In this document: one piece after another, positions 29,809 to 36,778 of the stretch
Layout: every line of letters starts with the position of its first letter
How positions within the stretch are numbered: position 1 is the first letter of the stretch
NCBI GenBank assembly: GCA_018668695.1
Contig: JABJBS010000322.1
Span: forward strand, 5,718-69,717
Direction of reading: 5' to 3'
DNA from: Deltaproteobacteria bacterium
GTDB lineage: Bacteria; Myxococcota; XYA12-FULL-58-9; JABJBS01
DNA: 64,000 nt
Notes under the pieces: generated by a model
Told to the model about the DNA's origin: nothing
The model's input: the letters and a program-made list of their open reading frames with translations, nothing else
Database searches by the model: none
Program-made: the position numbers and the translations under genes

Positions 29809-30714
29809 TCAGCCCTCTTTGCCACGCCCTCTCCAGTAACCCGCAAGGGCAATACCGGAAAGATTGTGCCAGAGGCTAAAAATTGCCCCAGGTAAAGCGG
29901 TGGCAGCGCTGAAAAAGGAGGTCGCCAAAGAGACCCCAAGGCCAGAATTTTGCATGCCCACTTCGATGGCCAAGGTTCGCCGGTCTTGCTCAGTGCAGCC
30001 AAGAAATCCTGCAGCTGTGTAGCCCAAAAATAGTCCCGAGAGGTTGTGTAGAATAACCGCCAACATCACAAGCCACGGGAAAGTCAGAAGCATCGTTTGA
30101 TTAAGCGCCACGATAATGCCGATCACAAAACTAATCGCAACCATCGAGATCACTGGGAAGACCTGGAGCACCGAGTCGATGCGGCCAACCAAAAATCGGC
30201 GTAATACAATACCATCAAAAACGGGGAAGAGGACAATCCAGAATACTGATTTCATCATGCCCCACATATTCACATCGACAGTTTGGGAAACGAGTGCATC
30301 GACCCACAAGGGCGTGAGAAACGGCGCAAGAACGGTTGAGGCAAGAGTCATGCAAACAGAAAGAGCGATATTAGCGCCGGCCAAATAGACAATCACATTG
30401 GAAGCGGTCCCGCCCGGACAAGCCCCCACTAGCACCAGCCCCACAACCATCTCATCGGGTAAACCAAGCGCCGCTCCCAAGGCGACCGCAAGCAAAGGCA
30501 TAAGCGTGTACTGCATCGTCAGCCCAGCCAGTACCAGCCGCCGGTGCTCCCACACTTTCTTAAAGTCATCCACCTCAAGGGTTAGCCCCATGCCAAACAT
30601 GATGACGCCGAGCAGCCAAACGATAGATGGTTTCGCCCAAATGAAGAGAGAAGGCGCCGCCAATGCAGCCGCCGACATCAAAAGAGCAGTCGGTAAAAAG
30701 AGGTTTCTTGCCAT
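29809..30714 (-). CDS. Bile acid:sodium symporter (BASS) family transporter
   Basis: 301-aa polytopic protein. GLTLEVDDF, LVGACPGGTASN, GMQNSGL motifs of the BASS/SBF family. Confidence 0.8.
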   Translation of the reverse strand: MARNLFLPTALLMSAAALAAPSLFIWAKPSIVWLLGVIMFGMGLTLEVDDFKKVWEHRRLVLAGLTMQYTLMPLLAVALGAALGLPDEMVVGLVLVGACPGGTASNVIVYLAGANIALSVCMTLASTVLAPFLTPLWVDALVSQTVDVNMWGMMKSVFWIVLFPVFDGIVLRRFLVGRIDSVLQVFPVISMVAISFVIGIIVALNQTMLLTFPWLVMLAVILHNLSGLFLGYTAAGFLGCTEQDRRTLAIEVGMQNSGLGVSLATSFFSAATALPGAIFSLWHNLSGIALAGYWRGRGKEG

Positions 30715-30768
30715 GCCCGCAATTAGCGCAAGGTACGGCCAATGAAAAGCGCTATTGGCGGATCTAGC

Positions 30769-32016
30769 CTACGACTCGCTGGGTGCTTCTTCCAGCGGGC
30801 AATAAAGCACCACGGGTTGCTCCCGGCCTCGAATCGGAACTTTTGCCACCGAGCGCCAATGAAAAGCTTCACCAGAACGAAGCCTCGTTTCATCAGAGAC
30901 CAAGATCGGTGTTTTCTGATCCTTCGTCAACTGCTCAATGCGGGCCGTCAGATTGACCGTATCACCGATCACCGTGTAATCCCGGCGCTCAGCTGAACCA
31001 ACATCCCCCAGGACCGCAGGGCCACTGTGAATCCCAATGCCCACCGAAAACTCTGCTTCACCGCGACTGCTCCTAAGTGTGTTGAGTTCTGCAAGTTCGT
31101 TCAACATGCCCATGGCACAAGCTACGGCCGATGTGGCGCTGTTCTGGTCTTCGTTATGCCCCCCAAAATAAGCCAGGATTCCATCGCCCATAAATTTATC
31201 CAAGGTTCCCCCGTGGGCGAAAATGATAGTGACCATCGCTTCGAAGTACTCATTGAGGTGAGTCACCAAAGTACCAGGATCCATGGTCTCAGCCAGCTTG
31301 GTAAAACCCCGAATATCCGCGAAAAGAACAGTGATATGACACCGCCGACTTTCAGTACCCTCCTGGGCAATCTGGGCCGCTACCGCCGGAGAAAAATAGC
31401 GCGCAAGTCGTGAACGCGCCTCCTCCTCAAAGTGAATCCGATGAATCAAACGGTGCTGATAGGCCACGGTCATCATACCGATGCCGCCAGCAAAAAAGAT
31501 GAGTAAGGCATCTGTTAAAATAAATTGGGTGGGGAAATCGATAGCAGCTTCGAGGTAAACCAACGAGCCGATGCCCGCAATGGTCACTGCGGCAATCGTC
31601 GTGCGCCGAAGCGTTAATATCGCGATGAGTAAAATAACGAGAATAAGCGCCATGGCCACGCCAAATGATCGAACGTGCCGACCGGTTTCAATCGCAAGTT
31701 CGTACTGCATCCAAAGTGCAAAAGGTAGGTCCACCACCGCGAGAAAAAGAGTCGACGGAACTCGGATGCCTGAATATTTTCGGTAGCAAAATAAAACAGT
31801 TGCTGCGAGCGCAAGGTAGACCAGTAGGTAAGGTATTTGTTGGCGATAGCTGGAGAGCTCGGAGAGAGCACTGAAGAGAAGACTCAAGCCCAACCACACC
31901 AGAGCCCCAATCACCCGTATCTTAAGGACTGTATCAGCGAGCGTCTGGCGTTGCCGGTCGATGGCTTGCCGGACTTGCTCGGAGAATTCTGTTGTTTTTC
32001 GATTCGACCAGTTCAC
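30769..32016 (-). CDS. Membrane-anchored class III adenylate/guanylate cyclase (6TM plus CHD)
   Basis: Six N-terminal TM helices. VLFADIRGFT...HGGTLDKFMGDGILAYFG...IGIHSGPAVLGDVGS. Confidence 0.8.
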   Translation of the reverse strand: MNWSNRKTTEFSEQVRQAIDRQRQTLADTVLKIRVIGALVWLGLSLLFSALSELSSYRQQIPYLLVYLALAATVLFCYRKYSGIRVPSTLFLAVVDLPFALWMQYELAIETGRHVRSFGVAMALILVILLIAILTLRRTTIAAVTIAGIGSLVYLEAAIDFPTQFILTDALLIFFAGGIGMMTVAYQHRLIHRIHFEEEARSRLARYFSPAVAAQIAQEGTESRRCHITVLFADIRGFTKLAETMDPGTLVTHLNEYFEAMVTIIFAHGGTLDKFMGDGILAYFGGHNEDQNSATSAVACAMGMLNELAELNTLRSSRGEAEFSVGIGIHSGPAVLGDVGSAERRDYTVIGDTVNLTARIEQLTKDQKTPILVSDETRLRSGEAFHWRSVAKVPIRGREQPVVLYCPLEEAPSES

Positions 32017-32079
32017 TCGCTTAGTTCCTTACTTCTAAACTATAGGCAAGTTGGTTGGAAAGACGAAATCTTGGTCAAT

Positions 32080-33489
32080 CTAATCAAGTAATCTTTGCTT
32101 GCGCCTCAAGAGGTAAACCGTGAATACCAGTAAAAGAAGTTCCAAAGGGGCCCGATTTGAGGCCGAGCAACCCGAGGTCTCGTCAAGATCGTCGGCAGAG
32201 TCAGATGCGTCTTCGACAAACTCCACCCATTCAGCGCGGAAAGCCTCCGCACCGTCAAGCTTTGCCGGTTCAAGCACAGGCGTATCCCCACAAAGGTCCA
32301 TGTTGTCGTCTCTACAGTTCACTTGGAATTCAATGTTGTGGTCGATGCTCCAGCTCTTATCACCCACGCCGCTTACGGTCCCGCTGATAGTACTCGTATA
32401 ATACCCGCCCGGTACAAGATTCTCGGTAGGCTTCAGGCGCATGAGACGTGTCCAATTGCCGCCCCATGCGTGACTTCGCTGGTCAAACCCGACTTCATCG
32501 CCGGAGCTGTCTTTCCATGTAGCTGTCAACTCTTCCTGGGCAATGCCACTTGAAAACAAATACGACACCCAACTGTCGGGAGCGCTGGCATCATGACTAC
32601 GAAGTCTTCTCGAAGACTCTGGAAAAGAAAACATCACGACATCCGAATCGGAGTAATCCCCGTGCATCCTCTTCCAGAGGCCCTCCATATAAAACATGGT
32701 TGGATAAATTTCTGAATGCAGGCTGCCGGGAATATCCGGATTCATATAGTTGTCTCGTGTCCAAATCAGATCATCGAGTAGGCCGTTGGTCGCAACTGTT
32801 GCTAAGAGAGGACCCGCGTCTTCATCGATGTATAGATCGGTCATGGTCTTCATAGATGATAGAAGGTGGTCTTCAACAATCTCTTCGTCAAACACACCCG
32901 AAGCATTGTAAAGGCTTATGAGCGCATCTACTGGAATGTCTCCATCTGGGACGGTAGCCAGCAAAAGGTCCATCACCAAAAAGCCATCGGAGGCTGGATC
33001 TGCCTCGGATTGCCCCTGGCCATCGTGATGACCAACTTGGTCCAAAAAGAGAGAGTCAAAGACCTCATCTTGGTATCCGTGAGCAGCGCAACCCAGTAAA
33101 AACGCGATGCGCTTACGTGATTCAAGGGTTCTCCAAGGCGGCGGATCATTCTCGCGGACCCACTGAGCAAAGGATTCGATAAAAGGTGGCCAGTGGCTAT
33201 ACTCTGCAAACTGCCGCGCCAGCTCGGGGTATTTGAGTCCTGGATAATATCCAATATCGGGGTAGGCCGCGCCAAAGAGCAGAGAGTTAAAAACATGCTC
33301 ATTGGCAAGGAAAGTACGAAGCTCCCCTTCAGGTAAGTTTTCGGCCGCCCACGCGGTCACTTGGATATGTCCAAGTCCCCCATGCGCCTCGGCACGCGTT
33401 GCGCTAAAGTTTATCGACATAAACAATACCGATGCCATCAAGAGCTGATTCGAAGTGCTACGAAGTGTTGTCATAAAATTCCTTATCAC
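32080..33489 (-). CDS. Secreted protein with MYXO-CTERM sorting signal (possible Zn-dependent phospholipase-C-like N-terminus)
   Basis: Signal peptide. C-terminal GCSASNRAPLELLLLVFTVYLLRRKQ has the MYXO-CTERM pattern (GC, hydrophobic helix, Arg cluster). N-terminal His-rich HGGLGH..W segment. Confidence 0.6.
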   Translation of the reverse strand: MIRNFMTTLRSTSNQLLMASVLFMSINFSATRAEAHGGLGHIQVTAWAAENLPEGELRTFLANEHVFNSLLFGAAYPDIGYYPGLKYPELARQFAEYSHWPPFIESFAQWVRENDPPPWRTLESRKRIAFLLGCAAHGYQDEVFDSLFLDQVGHHDGQGQSEADPASDGFLVMDLLLATVPDGDIPVDALISLYNASGVFDEEIVEDHLLSSMKTMTDLYIDEDAGPLLATVATNGLLDDLIWTRDNYMNPDIPGSLHSEIYPTMFYMEGLWKRMHGDYSDSDVVMFSFPESSRRLRSHDASAPDSWVSYLFSSGIAQEELTATWKDSSGDEVGFDQRSHAWGGNWTRLMRLKPTENLVPGGYYTSTISGTVSGVGDKSWSIDHNIEFQVNCRDDNMDLCGDTPVLEPAKLDGAEAFRAEWVEFVEDASDSADDLDETSGCSASNRAPLELLLLVFTVYLLRRKQRLLD

Positions 33490-33861
33490 CTAGCCCACAT
33501 TAGAGATCTTATCGAACAACGCCCCAAGAGCAACAAAGAACCGAATCCTTGGAACCCCATTTCTCTATCTCTCACAGGTGCTGTAAAAATAGTTGGCACC
33601 ACGATCATGTTAGCCCCGTTTTTGAAGGAGTTCTTATGCGTCAGCCGAGATTTTGCTTTTTCAATCAGCAATGGTGTCAATGGCGGCGGGGTCTTTGTAA
33701 ATCTTGCTCCCAGCCGCTACACACTCAACCATCTCAACTTACCCCAGAGCTGTACACCCATGCTTGGTTGGGGCGAGGCCAGCTCAATGTCATTTGAAGT
33801 CATGGCCAATCGAGTCACTTATGCTCGGGTGGAGTGTATGGAGCCCAGTTCGCCTTAAGCT

Positions 33862-34359
33862 TCAGTCAGGGCTTGCTCCTTGCGCCACCGAGACGCGTTC
33901 GACCTTTAAAAGAGACTCCAAAACCGCCGGGTCGATGGAAACCAAGAGTCCTCGCTGACCGCCATTGATGTAAATCAAGCCAAGCTCGAAGATACTCTCT
34001 TGCGTATAAATGGGCAGCCTCTTTCGAGTTCCAAAAGGAGACGTTCCGCCAACGAGATAGCCACTGTGCTTTTGAGCTGTCTCCGGCTTTGAGGCATTTA
34101 CATTTTTTACCCCGAGATGGCGCGCCAACGCACGGGTCGACACTTCCTTGTCCCCATGCATTAAGACAATCATTGGATTGGCGAGATGGTCTTCCATGAC
34201 CAAGGTTTTGATGACTGAGTGTTGCTCTACCTTCAGCTCTCGGGCCGACACCTGAGTACCCCCACGGGCTTCATATTTATACCGATGAATTTCAAAATCC
34301 ACGCCGGCAGCCTTCAGCATACGCAACGCACCTGTGCTTGGCATTTTCTGCTTTCCCAT
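33862..34359 (-). CDS. ybaK: Cys-tRNA(Pro)/Cys-tRNA(Cys) deacylase YbaK
   Basis: Collinear with E. coli YbaK (ALRMLKAAGVDFEIHRY ~ AVKLLEKNKISFQIHTY, KTLV, GYLVGGTSPFG). SD GAGGAG upstream of the chosen ATG. Confidence 0.75.
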   Translation of the reverse strand: MGKQKMPSTGALRMLKAAGVDFEIHRYKYEARGGTQVSARELKVEQHSVIKTLVMEDHLANPMIVLMHGDKEVSTRALARHLGVKNVNASKPETAQKHSGYLVGGTSPFGTRKRLPIYTQESIFELGLIYINGGQRGLLVSIDPAVLESLLKVERVSVAQGASPD

Positions 34360-34469
34360 GATCTCCTCAGCAACGTTCATTCTTAGTCGATAAACCGCTG
34401 CTATCATTCAACTTGTCTCGTACTATCGAACATTTAAGGCAAGCGCGAATGTACATTTTTTTGTCGGCC

Positions 34470-34485
34470 TGTGACCGAGATCACA
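34470..34485. promoter_or_regulatory. CRP/FNR-type consensus site TGTGA-N6-TCACA
   Basis: tGTGAccgagaTCACA, a perfect match to the cAMP-receptor-protein half-site consensus, in the divergent ybaK / hypothetical-REC intergenic region. Confidence 0.35.
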
Positions 34486-34518
34486 TCAGATTATGCTCGA
34501 CAAGGTCATAGTAAGGGC

Positions 34519-34926
34519 ATGAAACGTTTAGATGAGGTCATGCTCCCCAAAGGTCGCAAACGTGTCATTTACGAACACACTTGGCGGCCTGACTTTGTTG
34601 GTGAAGCTTTAACAATTGAACTAGAAAAAGGGCAGGAAGTTGTTTCCCTCGAGTTCTATTCATCCGAACACGGCATCGTAAAATGGGTTCGCAAGCAGGG
34701 CCTCCTTCCAAGCCACAGCTGGGAATGCGACAAAAATCCGCTGGGTACACTTCACGGACAACATTACCCTACAGTACTGCTAAACGGAGCTGAGCCATTT
34801 TCAAACACCCTCAAGATTGTACAAGATGTACTCAAGCACCCATGCCTTGAGCACCTACGCTCGACACTTGGCCCACAAGCCCTTCAAGAAAAAAATTCCA
34901 TCGCGTCCAAAGGTCAGCGCTGGTAA
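34519..34926 (+). CDS. Hypothetical protein
   Basis: ORF with SD TAAGGG before the ATG at 34519. The longer GTG-initiated version would overlap the CRP-like site. Confidence 0.4.
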   Translation: MKRLDEVMLPKGRKRVIYEHTWRPDFVGEALTIELEKGQEVVSLEFYSSEHGIVKWVRKQGLLPSHSWECDKNPLGTLHGQHYPTVLLNGAEPFSNTLKIVQDVLKHPCLEHLRSTLGPQALQEKNSIASKGQRW

Positions 34927-34936
34927 CAATCGGTTC

Positions 34937-34948
34937 TTAGAAATTTCT
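34937..34948. promoter_or_regulatory. Perfect 12-bp palindrome TAGAAATTTCTA upstream of the receiver gene
   Basis: Self-complementary 12-mer about 55 nt upstream of the REC start. Confidence 0.25.
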
Positions 34949-35001
34949 ACCATCCATAGACAAACCCTGATTCAATAGACCCTCAGTGATTGGGGAGAAC
35001 T

Positions 35002-35535
35002 ATGCCTAAGCCGAAACTGCTTGTTGTTGATGATTCCGAGATTTGCCGCCAACCTTTTCGCAAAGTGGGAACAGATAAACAAGGTAATATCTTGGTAGAG
35101 GTCTTAGAAGCCAAAACCGGCGAAGAGGGGCTGGAGCTCTTTAAGAAGCACCCTGGCATTCTTTACGCGGTCGTGGATGTTCACCTGCCTGGAATAGACG
35201 GATTTGAAATGCTTAACGCCTGCCGACGTTTCGACCTCGACAGATTCAATCAGACCACTGTTTTTATGAGTTGCTCGGATTCAGACGACCATCACCATGA
35301 ATCACCCGACTTTCCAACACCCACATGGATACTTAAGCCGGCCGACCCCGAACTCTTTAACCGTTTTTTATTAAGCGATGTGCGGATGAAGATGGCATTG
35401 CAAACCGCTTCACTCACCGACACACAACGAACACATCTACGAAAGCTTTTTGAGGATGCGACGAACCTAGACGAGTCTCAGCACCAAGCTTTAGTCAGTT
35501 TGGTCAAATCACTCACCGCCACTGACGAAGAATAA
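35002..35535 (+). CDS. Response regulator receiver (CheY-like) protein with C-terminal extension, no known output domain
   Basis: LLVVDDSE, phospho-acceptor context VVDVHLPGIDGFEM. SD GGGGAGA. Confidence 0.7.
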   Translation: MPKPKLLVVDDSEICRQPFRKVGTDKQGNILVEVLEAKTGEEGLELFKKHPGILYAVVDVHLPGIDGFEMLNACRRFDLDRFNQTTVFMSCSDSDDHHHESPDFPTPTWILKPADPELFNRFLLSDVRMKMALQTASLTDTQRTHLRKLFEDATNLDESQHQALVSLVKSLTATDEE

Positions 35536-35536
35536 G

Positions 35537-36175
35537 TCAGGCGTGCTTTTGTGCGATCATGATTCCGTCGCGAACCGGTAAGAGTAAGTTATGAACGCGT
35601 GGGTCATCGAATACGAGCGAATTCATACGTGCTAACGCGTGATCAGACTCTTCAACGGGCTCTAAAACCGCCCCACTCCAGAGCGCGTTATCAAGCATGA
35701 TGAAGCCGCCCGGCCGCGTTATTTCTACAAGGTGATTGTAGTAACTCATGTAGTTCACTTTATCTGCATCAATAAAGCTGAGATCGATAGGGCCTTTAAT
35801 TTGTGGCAATGACTCAAGTGCGGTTCCCTGCATTAAAGTGATTTTGTCACCCCATGGGCATCGCTGAAAATACCGGCGCGCCATGTCTGCATGCTTTGGG
35901 TCATACTCAAGAGTAATCAATTCGCCGTCTTCAGGGAGTACCTCTGCCATCTTCATGGAGCTGTAACCCGTAAACGTACCTACTTCGACGATTCGTTTTG
36001 CACCGCTGCTGCGAATCATCATTTGTAGAAAGCTGCCCACCAAGTGGCCCGCAATCATCTGAGGGCATTCCATATTCGCGTAGGTCTCGTCGCGAAGCTC
36101 TTTAAAGAGAGCATGCTCCGGGGTTGAGTGAGCCAACGCGTATTCTTCAATCTTTTCGTCTACTAATCTTGGCAC
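35537..36175 (-). CDS. Class I SAM-dependent O-methyltransferase (family 3, caffeoyl-CoA OMT-like)
   Basis: VEVGTFTGYSS SAM motif, FIDADK, collinear with CCoAOMT-type OMTs. Confidence 0.8.
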   Translation of the reverse strand: MPRLVDEKIEEYALAHSTPEHALFKELRDETYANMECPQMIAGHLVGSFLQMMIRSSGAKRIVEVGTFTGYSSMKMAEVLPEDGELITLEYDPKHADMARRYFQRCPWGDKITLMQGTALESLPQIKGPIDLSFIDADKVNYMSYYNHLVEITRPGGFIMLDNALWSGAVLEPVEESDHALARMNSLVFDDPRVHNLLLPVRDGIMIAQKHA

Positions 36176-36658
36176 GTAAAACCCCCTTGAATGTGAGCGC
36201 CCTTATTGATCAGCTCAACCCGAAAGTTCAAGTAGGAAAAACAATAAATCACCAATTGTATAGCTGAGCTAAATTCTCGTATTTGTATTTACTTCCCTAT
36301 TAAGTCCCCGCTTCCCAAAACGAATCATTTCATTCTAAACGATTAGTCCGTCCGCCGTCAGATTTCCGACGAGAGAAGCTCTTACCTGCGGGGAAATCAA
36401 TGATTCGCACGACAGATACGAAAACACAGTAATGTTAGAGCCTTAGAAGTATTCTGGAGGTTTTCGAAGAAACAATCGTTCACGCATTATGCCCATCTTT
36501 CTCCGAAATCTATCAGCTCCTATCTTCATCGTACCGACACCGTGTGACATGCGCCTACTTTATAAATCTCAAAATAGGTCGCAAACCTTGGTCATCCCGA
36601 CACCGCGCCTCTAAGACGACGAAGTCCTGACGATCCATTTACCCTAACGACCGCAACA

Positions 36659-36674
36659 CGTGATCCAGATCACA
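36659..36674. promoter_or_regulatory. Second CRP-like site cGTGA-N6-TCACA upstream of the cyclase-STAND gene
   Basis: cGTGAtccagaTCACA (9/10 to consensus), about 100 nt upstream of the 36779 start, inside a 600-nt intergenic region. Confidence 0.3.
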
Positions 36675-36778
36675 CTCAGCGTCCCATTTTGACCTAAAAC
36701 GGTTCAAAGCCTTATGGCATCAGGCTTGCAGTAGTTCATACGAAGACAAGAAACCACGACGCACCAGGGGAGAGAGTG

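Noticed and set aside
27848-32016. Considered whether the cyclase genes form a Pycsar or CBASS-like antiphage system
   Set aside because: There is no adjacent effector with a cNMP-binding, TIR, TM-effector or nuclease domain. The cyclases are large sensor-linked signalling proteins flanking a BASS transporter, which fits housekeeping signal transduction better.
36176-36775. 600-nt non-coding stretch upstream of the cyclase-STAND gene, scanned for an sRNA, riboswitch or mobile-element remnant
   Set aside because: No conserved riboswitch-like structure, inverted terminal repeats or tRNA-like fold was recognised. Only the CRP-like palindrome (reported separately) stood out.
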